This document shows positions 1-12,650 of a stretch of DNA of 64,000 nucleotides, in pieces. The stretch's first letter is position 1; every line of letters starts with the position of its first letter. Position numbers and translations under genes: made by a program. Below the pieces are notes generated by a model. It was not told the DNA's origin and did no database searches. It was given only the letters and a program-made list of their open reading frames with translations. The stretch lies in contig CAUYUJ010000114.1 of assembly GCA_963575745.1 (NCBI GenBank), positions 124,001 through 188,000 of the forward strand, given 5' to 3'. This DNA comes from Prorocentrum cordatum. Lineage: Eukaryota.

Positions 1-1339
1 CTCGGCCTCCGAGCTGTCGTCGTCTTCCAGTCCCTTTGGTTCCTCCGCCTCTCGCAGGCGGCCCCATCTCGTCGCCGAGGGCGCAGTCCAGGAATACAGA
101 TACAGCCCACCGAGGATTGGTAGGCTCCGCTACCAATATCAATCAGAAACCTCCTAGTCCTCGACGTCCAGGCGGCCAGTGTCGTAAGGCAGGGTAAGGT
201 ATATCAAGACTTATCAACCACTTTACAGCACAATGAAGATGAGTTTGGAACTGTCTGCTATGACTGAGGGCGCCCTAGTAAAAGATCAGAGCATCAAATG
301 GCAGTGTGCATGCACGAACGTGTCTTAAGCACACACGCACACAACAAAAGATAAGTTCTTCAAGTGAGTTTCCATTGCTGAGACCGCATGCAATGTCAGG
401 AGTCATACTGGGGTCGTCTTGGGAAAAGCGTGGCGTCAAGTACAAGTGGTGTTCTGATGCTGGGGGCATTTTCAAAATCTAGCTCTCCTAAATCCCTCTC
501 GAAGTCCTATTGGGGCGCTGGTGGCGTCTTCGTGTGGACATCCGAGCTCGTCTTGAATATTTCCTGAGCCTTTCTGGACCTCTCGTTGTCGATCTTCGGG
601 CAGTAGCCTTAACCTGTCGGAAGCTGGAAGGCGGAGAGGCCAAAACCGTTGAATCACCTCAGGCTTCTCAAGCTTTTAAGCTCTTGAAGCCATCCTGGGA
701 AGGCTCCATGGCTGCCTCGGGCCGCCTGGTGGCGGTCTGGATGTCTCTTGGATGCCTCGTGGAATCAAGTTTGGACCATCTTGGACCATAGCGTGCCATC
801 TCGGCGGCTGCCTTGGAGACAGCCTTGCCGTGCCTTGCCTTGCCGAGGCCAAGACGGGGACCATTCACGCAGCTGCAGTGACCGAGGGATGGTTGGAGGA
901 GCTGACCTGCTCCATCATGGGACCTTCCCATGGGTCTGGAGGGGGGGGAAGGCGGAGGTGTCAGAGGGTCCGTTGGGACCCAAGATTGCTCCAAGACAGC
1001 CCCGGCTACCCCAAGGATGGCCTCCAAGATGGCACGAGGTAACTCCAGTTGGACCAACATGGCGTCAAAACATGCCTCCAAGAGGCCACAAAATGCCTCC
1101 TCCCCAATAATCCCTCCAACAGGCCTGACTCTTTCAAACGCCTCACGATTTCTCATAAGTTGAGCTTCTCACCCTCTCGGGCACCCAGAGGCGACTGTGC
1201 AGCCTCCGAAGGGGGGCATTAATCGGAATCACAAAAAACTGGATATACCTATACGACCACCCTGCGGGTGATAAGGAGGTTGGGGGGGAGGGGGGCCAGC
1301 AATGTGCAACAGTGGTGATTGTTGCGTTGCCGCTCGCAC

Positions 1340-1535
1340 TGTCGATCTCACGCTGGATCTCGCTATCGATCCCACTAACGATCTCCCTATCGATATCACT
1401 CGATCTCACAATCGATATCACTATTCATCTCACTATCGATCTCACTATCGATCTCACGATCGATCTCACTATCGGTCCCACTATCGATCTCACTATCGAT
1501 CTCACAATCGATTTCGTCATCGGTCTCGCTATCGT
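1340..1535. repeat. Degenerate 12-bp tandem repeat (CACTATCGATCT)n
   Basis: The unit repeats directly, e.g. 1431-1500, and explains the periodic ORFs (IDLT/SHYR). Confidence 0.85.
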
Positions 1536-1547
1536 TTTCGCACCAGC

Positions 1548-1690
1548 GGGATACCGGGACACCGGCAGGACACCGGCGGGACACCGGCGGGACACCGGCG
1601 GGACACAATGGGCCACCGCTTGCCGGAGGGAGAATCATTTACTCTGGCCGGGGCCCAGCCTCAAGCGGGACACCGGCGGGACACCGCGGG
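1548..1690. repeat. 11-bp tandem repeat (GGACACCGGCG)n within a short local duplication
   Basis: The unit repeats at 1557-1605 and 1668-1690; each block is followed by GGGCCACCGCTTGCCGGAG.GAGAATCATTT. Confidence 0.8.
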
Positions 1691-2305
1691 CCACCGCTTG
1701 CCGGAGAGAGAATCATTTGGTCTGGCCGCGCCTCATCCACAGGAGACTTTCCTCTCGCCCGCCCACGCAGCTTCGCCTCGCCCGCACGCACGGCACGCAC
1801 GAACACGAAACCGAAACCGATTCCCGGTGGGGGGTTCTCCGTTCCACTTCGATCTCACCCCCCAACCTCCGACATAAACTTTCGGCGCTGGAGTCCGCTG
1901 CAAATCCAAGATCCAAGACATCCGCGCGGAACTCCGAACGTTTCTGTTCATACCGCTTTTCTTCTTCGACAGCAGGGGGGGACCTTGATTGACGAGGGCA
2001 TGTTCGCGCAGCACGAAGCGCAAAGCACGAATGATTTTGTCTCTCGCACCGCCCCCCCAGGGAAGGGAAGATGAAGACGAAAAGGATGAGAATGAAGAAT
2101 CGCGAAATGCGAACCGCGAACCACGAACAACCTCGCGCCCTCGCGGCCGCCCTTGACTCGCGGACGCCCGCCCTTTTTTCCAGATGGAGGGTGAAAAGAA
2201 AGGACAAACGAAAGGGCGGCAGAAGCTGCTTGAGGTCCGCCCCGATCAGCCCGCCCCGCGCCGAGAGAGCCGCGGGGCTGATCGCGCGCTGGGACGAAGA
2301 CCCAC

Positions 2306-4480
2306 TCACTGCGACTCCAGGTCCAGGGCCTCCGCACCGCCCGAAGACCCTGAGATCCGGGCGTTGCAATCTTTTCACACCTGGCGCTTGCGCCGACAGC
2401 AGCTCTTCGGAGGAAGATGGTGCGATGCCCCCGCTCGTCATGGAGAACTCTCGCCACCACAGCTGGACTCTCCTCGAAATTCTGTCCAAGCCCCCACTGC
2501 ATTGCAATGTTTTCACACCGGGCGTTTCCGCCTGGTTTCGGGCCACGGGACCATCACAGATCGATCTGGCTAAAATAGTGCCGCAGAAGATTGGGCATGG
2601 GATCCGAGTCGAGATATTTCGCTATGCTGCCACTTCATCGCGACGTCGGATCTCAGGGAACATCCAAATCCGCAGCCGTCGAACTCGTGCACTGGATCCA
2701 TGGGCGTCCACGGCGGCAGCAGAGCCGAAGTACGAGAACGGCGCTGATGCACCGTACCATGTTTGAACTCCCTTCGGGCCTCGCTCCCACGCCGTCCTGT
2801 GTATAGTGTGTTGGCCCTGAGGGCCGATAAACGATGCACGGTATATTAAAGGGGCCCTGGGACACACAAATCAATAGACACAAATAACTGGATTCCCCAT
2901 ATTTTCCCATATTTTCTGGGTGTTCGTCTTCCCCCCCACTTCCCATATTTTCCCATATTTCCCTGGGAGTCGACGATTAATTGTGTCTGTGTGTTTCTTG
3001 CCCTCCTGATATATACACCATTCCTGGGTCGAAGATCGACAACGCCTCGGGAGACGCCAACGTGGTACGGTGCACAAGTGCCGTCCGCGGACGAAGGCCC
3101 ACCGAAGCGACAGCTGGACCGAAGACCGACGGACGCGGCGGCGCAGCGACAACGGACCGAGCCGAGCCGACCGACGCAGCCGCCCTTCGAAGCAGCCGAA
3201 CACCAACGGAACTCTGCGGACACCCTCGGGATCCACGGGGAGAGCTGGGCGCGGCTGCAGTCGACCCCCGTACAGTAAGGGCGCACGATAAGGATGCAAG
3301 GGCCTTGGAAGGCCACGTCGACACTTTGCGGGCGGGGCGCGGCCAGCGAAAGGGGCCAAGGATGGGCCGAAGGGGAAGGATGCGAGGGGGACCTTGGAAA
3401 GTTGCTCATCCTTACTGTGCGGGCTGACTGTACTTTCCCGCCCGCAGGGGCGAGCACATATCCACACCCACGCCACTCCTCCAGAGGTCCTCGAGGTCCC
3501 AGGGCACGACTCCGAGATGGGTATGAATCTGGTCTGGGAGGTGGAGCCTCCACGCGGGACGTGACGCAGCCCATGAGGCAGTTCAGCTCGAACTCCAGGT
3601 AGAAGTGGCCGCCGAGGTACGCCATGTCGCCCAGCGCGATCCTTGTCACGGTGTAGACCTCGCGGCCCCTAATCACGTGGAAGTTGTCCCCGTGCCCCGG
3701 GGTGTCGAGGATGTAGCCCTGCCCGGACTTGACGATGTCGCCGAGCTGCGTGTGCACCTCCATGAGCCTGGCGGGGGAGCTGGGCGGAGCCGTCAGCCCG
3801 TCGACCAGATCGGTCAAGGTGGCGACGCCGTCCCAAGCAGCGTTGATGCCCTCCATCATGTACATGGCCTCGGCCCAAGTGATCTGCACGACGGGGTAGG
3901 CCAACCGCAGCGTGCGAGAAATGCTGATGTCGCTCTCCTCGGCGATCGCGTTCAGCTCCGCAACCGTCTTGAACTTCATCATGACGCCCGCGTCCGCGAC
4001 TGGATCGCAGATCTTCCAGGACAGGTTGCTCGTGCTGGCGAGGTTGTTCCACCCGCCCAGCTGGAATCCCATGATGTTGGTGGCGTAATCGCCACCGTTC
4101 AGGGTGTCGCAATCGTTCGACACATAGCACCACTGGGAAGCGGCCAGAGGGTCGGCTGGGAAATTGTTCGCCGGGTGGAGGTTATCATCAGCTGTGCTCG
4201 TCGCCAACAGGTCAACGTTGACGCAGGAGTTGTTCTTCAGGTTTTTGAAATAGTCGTTGCACACCTTGTGCGGCAGGCCGGCGATGGGCTCGGTGGCGGC
4301 GTACGCGGCGCTGAAGCCGTACTTGGAGAGGAAGTGAAGCTCCTTGCCTCGGCCGCAGGCGGCCAGCTGGTCGTAATACACTCCTGCCCACTGCAGGCAT
4401 TCGCAGGAACCCCGCTTCTTGGTGTCGAGGGCCCGCGCGAACGCAAGGCAGGCCAGCACAGATGCCAACTTGGAATACAT
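2306..4480 (-). CDS. Secreted cysteine-rich protein of unknown function, copy A (318 aa; exons 4480-3548 and 2329-2306)
   Basis: Signal-peptide-like N-terminus (MYSKLASVLACLAFARA) and Cys motifs (CECLQW, CVNV, WCYVS..C, WKIC). Splicing a GC..AG intron (3547-2330) restores the C-terminus VEALDLESQ*, identical to copy B. Spliced length is 957 nt in both copies. Confidence 0.88.
2330..3547 (-). mobile_element. Introner-like intron (1218 bp) in gene copy A
   Basis: Absent from copy B. 6-bp direct repeat GCCTCC at 2328-2333 and 3546-3551. Degenerate inverted ends (CTCCACCTCCCAGACCAGAT vs CTCCGCACCGCCCGAAGACCCTGAGAT). GC donor and AG acceptor. Confidence 0.7.
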
Positions 4481-5394
4481 GGTCGTGGGTTCGACTCAAA
4501 TAAAAGTCGACAGCACGCGCAGTGCTAAACCGAGATGTGTAGTATCCAGAGGCAATGTGGACAGCTTCAGCCAAACACGCATGAAAGCTCTTTCAGTTCA
4601 CGTTCTGGCCCAGGTCTGACATGCAGGATGGTGCCCTAAGGTCTCACGCGCTCTTGACCCGTTGGACCATATCATCGTGCTTAGATGATGATTTGCACGT
4701 GCACAATGGTTCACCACTGCCCAAGTCCGTTCCCCTTACTTGTGGCCCATGCGCTGCCTGCGCGGGAGGGCTCCTGGCACCGTTCACTCCTGGGAGCCTT
4801 GGTGTTCAGAGCTTACTACGTCACCGTTCGCTCTTGGGAGGCTTGCTGTGACAACATGTTTACGACGGCGATGTACAGGAAAAAACGAGGAGCAGGAAAG
4901 AAGGTGGAAGTGTAATGGAATTGGTGAGGGAGAAGGAGTAGGAGCGGGAGGACGGGAGATGAGGCGGAGGGAAGGGAAGCGTGGATGGGGGACGGAGGCC
5001 TGGGAACGACGAACGACGAGGGGGAAGGGACTGGCCACCCTCAGTCTCAAGGCCGACACGGGAAAGGAGAAACGAAGAGGAGCTGCCGAGGGAGAAGACT
5101 GGGAGGGGGATCGTGGGCGGGAAACATACCCGTGTGCACGGCCTTCGGGTCCGGGCTCTCCAGCCACGACAGCCCACGGATACGGGGCGGCTCTGCGCGC
5201 ACGCCCCGCGCGAAGCGCACGTCTACGGCGCCGCGCACCCGTGGGATCGCTGCCTCGGTGCACAGATCGCGAGGGCACGGCTGCGAATATGGTCGCCGCT
5301 CGCGAGGCCGGGAGGCGGAGGAAACGAAGAAACAGCCAGCAGGCTGCCCCGAGGCTCCGAGCCGACAGGCCGCCCTCGTCGCCGCGGCGCCCGC

Positions 5395-6528
5395 TCACTG
5401 CGACTCCAGGTCGAGGGCCTCCACGCGGGACGTGACGCAGCCTGAGGGGGGACGCCAGCTGTATCCCATGCGCCGATCCCTGGCCAGGCCCGTCCTGGGC
5501 GGGTCGGTCGGTGCATGCGACCTCCTGGTCGGGCCAGGGAGGCATACGCACCGATCCTGAGCTCAGGATCCGCCAGGCCAGGATCGGTGCAGGTATACAG
5601 TTGGCGCCCTCCGACAGCCCATGAGGCAGTTCAGCTCGAACTCCAGGTAGAAGTGGCCGCCGAGGTACGCCATGTCGCCCAGCGCGATCCTTGTCACGGT
5701 GTAAACCTCGCGGCCCCTGATCACGTGGAAGTTGTCCCCGTGCCCCGGGGTGTCGAGGATGTAGCCCTGCCCGGACTTGACGATGTCGCCGAGCTGCGTG
5801 TGCACCTCCATGAGCCTGGTGGGGGAGCTGGGCGGAGCCGTCAGCCCGTCGACCAGATCGGTCAAGGTGGCGACGCCGTCCCAAGCAGCGTTGATGCCCT
5901 CCATCATGTACATGGCCTCGGCCCAAGTGATCTGCACGACGGGGTAGGCCAACCGCAGCGTGCGAGAAATGCTGATGTCGCTCTCCTCGGCGATCGCGTT
6001 CAGCTCCGCAACCGTCTTGAACTTCATCATGACGCCCGCGTCCGCGACTGGATCGCAGATCTTCCAGGACAGGTTGCTCGTGCTGGCGAGGTTGTTCCAC
6101 CCGCCCAGCTGGAATCCCATGATGTTGGTGGCGTAATCGCCACCGTTCAGGGTGTCGCAATCGTTCGACACATAGCACCACTGGGAAGCGGCCAGAGGGT
6201 CGGCTGGGAAATTGTTCGCCGGGTGGAGGTTATCATCAGCTGTGCTCGTCGCCAACAGGTCAACGTTGACGCAGGAGTTGTTCTTCAGGTTTTTGAAATA
6301 GTCGTTGCACACCTTGTGCGGCAGGCCGGCGATGGGCTCGGTGGCGGCGTACGCGGCGCTGAAGCCGTACTTGGAGAGGAAGTGAAGCTCCTTGCCTCGG
6401 CCGCAGGCGGCCAGCTGGTCGTAATACACACCTGCCCACTGCAGGCATTCGCAAGAACCCCGCTTCTTGGTGTCGAGGGCCCGCGCGAACGCAAGGCAGG
6501 CCAGCACAGATGCCAACTTGGAATACAT
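5395..6528 (-). CDS. Secreted cysteine-rich protein of unknown function, copy B (318 aa; exons 6528-5619 and 5441-5395)
   Basis: Near-identical to copy A. Removing the 177-bp GC..AG insertion restores ...CLMGCVTSRVEALDLESQ*. Confidence 0.88.
5442..5618 (-). mobile_element. Introner-like MITE intron (177 bp) in gene copy B
   Basis: Absent from copy A. 5-bp direct repeat CAGCC at 5438-5442 and 5615-5619. ~37-bp imperfect TIR (5453-5489 CGCCAGCTGTATCCCATGCGCCGATCCCTGGCCAGGC vs reverse complement of 5571-5606). GC..AG ends. Confidence 0.85.
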
Positions 6529-9500
6529 GGTCGTGGGTTTGATGAAGATAAGGTTCACAGCACGGGCAGTGCCAAAAGGAGCGTGTGCAGCATCCAAGCG
6601 CAATGATGGCTGGTTGAGCCCAACATGTACACGGACACTGCAATGAGCGCCTTGAGCGGCAGCCCCGAGGATGCTCTACACAGACACCTGAACCTCCCAT
6701 GGGTCCGTAGGACGTCACTCCGCTGAACACCCCAACGGCGCTGCAAAGTGGTGCCAGCCGAACGCTCGGCAGAATCCGAAGGGAGGCGACTCACTTGAGT
6801 CTACGCAAGATATCATTCCGCTGGAGCCCCCAGGGGGGCAGGAAAGTGGAAGAAGCTTTGCTCTTTGCAGCGCCCAGAGGGGGAGAGCTTCCCGTTGGAC
6901 CCGCGTGAGGCCACGTAACCCTTCTGGGCCGCCGAGGGACGCGTGAAAGTGGTGACAGCTGCATTGTCCGCAGGGCGAGCCTCCTGCCCTCAGCATTCTT
7001 AGCCCACTCACACCAATCTCCGACTGCCTGGCTGCCTCGCCCCGAATCACGGAGCCTCCCTCTCAGCCCGACAACGCCTCGCTGGACCCAGTGCGAGGCA
7101 GATGGCTCAGGGTGATCTTAGGGCACTCCAGCCTCCGACCTCCCAGGCACGAGACCTTCCCGCCCACCTCCCTGCCCGAACCGCCACTCCCCCTACCTCA
7201 ATAAGCCACCTGAGGACCCTTGGTCGGAGGCGACGATAGGAGCGAATATCCCAAAGGGCAGGCGTTACACGCATTCGCCTGGGAGCCTCGCCGAAGGCAC
7301 GAACCATCGGCACCCCTTGGGTACGTGGTGTGTTGCTCCCCCCTGCGAGACTCGCCTCATCGTCGCCTCCGACATGCCATGAGATCCGACGCTGCGAAAA
7401 AATACACCCACATGCCTGCTGCAGTCTCCAAGCCGGATCGACTTTCCAACTCAGCCAACAAATCCCAGAGCGCCCCAAAACTATAAACCACAACATAATC
7501 AGCATAAGCTTAGAAGGTCCGCGCGGACCTCCGAAAGTGTATCGGAACATTGCAACGCCTATATCTACAGTCAAAATTGATAGTAAGAACGCACGATAAG
7601 CATGTAAGAGCCTTGGAAGGCCATGTTGACACTTCTTCGACCGGGGCGCGGCCGAAAACCACAGGATACAAGGGTACCCAGCGAAGCCAAGAACGGGCCG
7701 GCAAGGGCAACCTAAGAAAGCCGCTCATCCTTGCAGTGGATGCTGACCGCACGGGTGAACCTGCGGCCAGCGAGCCCGTCGCTCCTGTTCTGGTCACCGC
7801 GCAGGGCGCTCGCTCGACACCGGCCGCCCGTTGGGCGCCGGCCGCCCGTTCAGCAGGGCGGCCGCGCGGAGCTCCGCCCGGAGCTCGGGCGTGGCCTCGG
7901 CCCGTCGCAGACCAGGATCGGTCAGCATCGAATCGGGACACCGGATCGAGTCGAAATGTGCATCGGATTGGGCTGCACCGGCACGAAGACGAAATCGAAT
8001 CGGGTCGGCTGCGCCAGGATGCACAACCGCGCCGTGCAAGCATCGGGCAGCAGCGGATCGTTGAAACATCGGAACCAACTCGGATCGAACCAGCCATAAT
8101 AGATATCGAATTGGACATGTCCGATCGAAATGGACGCTGCAGACTGGCCACCGCCGCGGCTGCGACTGCCACACGCGACGACGATCGCAGCCCACTGGAT
8201 ACTTCCACGGGCCCCTTGTTACCCATCGGTCCTGGGCGGTGTTCGGGCGGTCCTCTGACTGACTGTCTTCGGCAGTCTCTGGCGGCCTTCCGACGGTCTT
8301 CGGCGGCATTCGGTGGTCTTCGGTTGTTCCTGGCTGTCTTGTCAGGTTTCTGGCGGCCTGCTGCACGAAAGCTGGATGGCTGCGTTCAACAAGTGTTCCA
8401 TGATTGAACACTTATCGAATCCAAACGCGAGTCCACAGGGCAGTACCGAGGCCGTCCACGGCGACAGCACAACTTGAAACCGACCGAGACCGCCAGGCCG
8501 CAGGCACACGAGGACGGCGCAGCGGCGCGGCAGCGGTGCAACAATCAACCGATGCCGAGCCGACCGAACGCAACCGATCGCGGCGCAGCCGAATCGAGCA
8601 CCCAGGATGCCGCCAGGTCCAAAACCCTGCGTTTCCCGCGCACAGGTGGACAGTACCCGACCAGCTGTCAGCCAAAGGTCAGACACTTGTCATGGCGACC
8701 CTCTGGGAAAGCATATGCGGTAGATATCGATCCCCAGACTGCGCCCGCATCGCATGACATCTATGAATGAAGACTGCACAGGTCGATGATGTTCGCCGTC
8801 TTGGCGCACGCCGTTCAAAAACGGCCCCGCACGCAACACGTGTGGAGGTGCTGCCCAACCACGGCTCTGGATCATCGAACCTGAAAACTGTCGCCAAATC
8901 TTTCCGTACGGCGGGCTCCTGCCGTGACGACTCTTGCTTTGGTTTCTGACACCGCGTGGATCGTTCAATCTTGAACGATCGCGGCACTCCGATAGTGCCG
9001 ATCGTTCAACCTTGAACGCCTGCGCCGAGGTTCGCGTCGACACTGCGCGAGTATATCGCGCTCTACTCGCGATCCAATACCATTGCCGACAGAATTCCAA
9101 TCTGGCCAGCGCTAAGGCCAACGCGTACTGCATGGCCTGCTGATTCTGGGCCATCGCCGCTGCGACAACCTCTGCACAATACACAGCCACCAACTCATTG
9201 GCAACTAGGGCAATAGGGTGAGAGCAGGCAGCTAGATGGTAGAGGGGAAAGAGGCCGAGAGAGAGGGAGTCAGAGGGGGTAAGAGAGAGAGGGAGAGAGA
9301 GAGAGAGAGAGAGAAAAAAGAGAGAGAGAGAGAGAGAAAAAAAAAAGAAAAAAGATAAGAACACAAGAGAAAAAGAGACGAAATGCAGAAAACGAGAGAG
9401 AGAGAGGGGGACACAAACATCCGATATCTATATCTATATATATACATATGATACACATACACGTGTGTGTGTATAGATACATACGTATCATAAGCATACA

Positions 9501-9814
9501 TCTACTCACATACGGCTGGGGAAACCGGAAAAGGCCCGCCCCCGGCCCCTCCCCCACCCCCCCCCAACGAATTTAGAACTTTTCGGGCTGGCCAGACACC
9601 CTCCCTGGCACAGGGGGGCGGTCTAGCAATCCCTGCACACAGGCGGGTGGCAGTCCCAAGACGGTCGGCGCAACGCCCATGAGACGCCCAAGGCGGTCGA
9701 AGATGGTTTCACGTTGCCCTTGACCCTCGCCAGGCACCAGAAGACGGCTCCAATGTCACCACCAGGAGGCGTTCGACCCTAAAAAAGTAGTGGTGTTGCA
9801 GTATTTGTCGTTAG

Positions 9815-10630
9815 ACGTTCGGGTACTCGCTCATTCGGGCCTCCAAGCGTCCGAGAGCGTTGGGGAACCATTGAAGTCCGCTCGGAGACGGCGCAGCGGG
9901 CCTCCGCACGCCCCAACACGGTCACATGAAGGCCCAAGACGGCCGCCGAACTGCCCACAGGCAGCCCCACGACTAGCGCAAAATGACTGCAAACAACCGG
10001 CACAAGGCCCAAAAGATCCCCAAAACTATCGCAGATGGCATCAATCGGCCCAGACCCCCGCTGGACGCCCGAACACGGCCCGAATGTCACCTGGAAGAGG
10101 CGCTCGAAACTGGGAATAACATTGATGTTTCATTGTTTTTTCGTATGATGTTCGGACACTCGCTCACTCGAGCCTCCAAACGTCCGAGAACGCTGGAAAC
10201 GTACTGGAAAGCTCTCCAAGACTAGCCAAGCGCCCTTCCTGTCACACCAACACGGTCTCATGAAGGCCCAAGACGGCCCCCAAACTGCCCACAGGCGGCC
10301 CCATGACTGGCCCAAAATGACTGCAAACAACCGGCACAAGGCCCACGAGGCTCCCAAAACGATCGAAGATGGCATCAGGCGGCCCAGACCCCCGCTGGAC
10401 GCCCGAACACAGCCCGAATGTCAGTTGGAAGAGGCGCTCGAAACTGTGAAAAACAGTGATTTGTTGATTGCTTTCTAAAATGTTCGGATACTCGCTCATT
10501 CAGGCTTCCAAGCGTCCAAGATCGCTGGAAAAATACCGAAAACCGTTCCAAGACAAGCCAGACGGGCCCCCTGACAGCCAAAGAGGGCCCCATGAGGGCC
10601 CAAGACGGCCCCCAAACTGCCCATGGGCGG
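9815..10630. repeat. Diverged tandem repeat, ~333-bp period, ~2.5 copies
   Basis: GTTCGG..ACTCGCTCA.TC..GC.TCCAA.CGTCC recurs at ~9817, ~10150 and ~10482, with matching downstream sequence. Confidence 0.85.
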
Positions 10631-11074
10631 CCTCACCACGGCCCCCAAGTGTCTTCAAGACAACTTCCCCAAGAATGCAACACGTGATCTGGAACCACGA
10701 CTTCCGGTCTGGTGGCTCGAGGACCTCCCCACTGGTCGCCGAAAGGCGCCACGGCCGCCTCCAGAGGCTCACAAGGAGCCCTAACAATGCTTCCGCGAAG
10801 CTCTCCAAAGATTCGCCAAGAAGGAGCTTCCGAGAACGAACCAGAAGAGGACGAAGTAGCCTTCGTGTGGCAGTTCACTCGAGAATGAGGAAGAAAATTG
10901 ACGAAGACAAACAAACAGGAAAGTAACAAGAAAAACAATGTAACCACGGTGATGGCGACATCGGCCACCAAAAACGATACCTGTCTTGATCGGATTACCC
11001 CTCTCAGTCTGCCTGCACCGTCCACTTATCGGACCAAGGTGGATGGCGCGAAACGCCAATGCATTCTTAAATGT

Positions 11075-11121
11075 GCATATACATATACACATGCATGTGT
11101 GTATATATGTATGTATGTACG

Positions 11122-11182
<61 letters not shown>

Positions 11183-11209
11183 GTGTATATGTATATGTAC
11201 ATGTACATG

Positions 11210-11248
<39 letters not shown>
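11075..11248. repeat. (TATATG)n/(TA)n microsatellite
   Basis: Directly visible. Confidence 0.95.
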
Positions 11249-11251
<3 letters not shown>

Positions 11252-12284
11252 CCGACCCCGTCGGCGTGTGTGAGGGGCTTGTCTGTTCGAGTCGTCGTCT
11301 CCGTCAGTCGTCGTATCCGTCGCCCCCTTTCCCTGCGCCCTCCTCTTCAAGCCTGTTCGCGAGAGAAAAATCTTGCACTGTCGCAGTCGAGTCGAAAGGA
11401 AGCCCCTTCCCTTTGATCCCTCCCCCGTCAAGGGGGGAGGGTCCCAGGGGTGGTACGGGGGGGGGGGGGGGGGCGGAGTGGGGAGGGGGGGCGGGGCGGG
11501 TAGGGGGGAGGCCGGGGGGGAGCAGGGTGGGGGGGTCCCACGGGGAGAGAAGGTGCTTGTGTGGCCCGTTGTGTATTTGTGTGGCCCAATGGGCGTTCGT
11601 ATGGCCAGGAGCGATCCGTTCCCTATACATGTTCGGGTGCGGCAAAAGGCGGGGAGCTCCCAGGAAGAGACCCAGACCCCCCCCCCCTCTCACAGCGGAC
11701 AAAAATCGTATGGCGAGCCTCGTCGGGCATCTGAAGAGTTTCATTGGGGCTGACCTACAGGAAGATATCCTTCTGTATACATTTCTGTGTGTATATATAC
11801 GCATAGATATACATATGTGTATATATATGCATACACATGTATACTAATATGAATTAGAATAACAATAATAATAATCATAATAATAATGATATGACGAATA
11901 ATAACACTGCACGAAATAGTACTCTTGTGAAACCATACAACACAAATAATATAATACGAATACTATTCGAAATGGTAATACTACAACGCACTATTATGGA
12001 AAAGTGCGACAACTAGTATCTAAGAATAAAATAAATACGATACCACACATGAACAACACACGATGAGTTTCTTCGGGCATATGAAGATATGTTTGAGGAC
12101 GCTGAAGATCTTCTTGGGATGAAGAAGAGCTTTGTGAGGTTGCTGAGGCGCTCCTTAAGAGGGTGGGAAAGTGTCTTTGGAACGGCCCTCTTTTTATCAA
12201 GATCATGTGGACTTCCTAAGAGTTGGCTGGGGCCTCTGGGGAGCTTCTTACGGCATTTCTAAAATTGCATGCAGCTCGATGAGA

Positions 12285-12650
12285 TGGTGATGATGATGAT
12301 GGCGGCGGTGATGATGATGATGGCGATGAAGATGGTATGAGGCCGAGGATGAAGACCAACTAGGATGAAGATGGCATGAGGCCGAGGATGAAGATGAACA
12401 TGATGATGAAGATGAAGATGAGAAACGGCAATGAGGAAGTTGATGACGATGATGATCGTGATCATGATGATTGTGGTGGTGATGGTGTGGTGATGATGGT
12501 GCTGGTGATGATGGTAATGATGAGTCTGACACCGATGATGATGATAGTGATGAAGGCGGTGATGGTGTTGGTGTTCGTGATGATGATGATGATGGTGATG
12601 ATGATGGTGATGAGGATGGTGATGGTGATGATGATCGCGATGGTGATGAA
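12285..12650. repeat. Degenerate (GAT)n/(GGT)n microsatellite
   Basis: Directly visible. Confidence 0.9.

Noticed and set aside
1..1250. Short ORFs and a possible acidic exon at the window edge
   Set aside because: No recognisable homology or verifiable splice structure.
2846..3547. C-terminal extension of the 544-aa ORF
   Set aside because: Read-through into the intron; the paralog shows the true C-terminus at 2306-2329.
3605..6606. Plus-strand ORFs of 307 and 363 aa
   Set aside because: Antisense shadows of the GC3-rich minus-strand genes.
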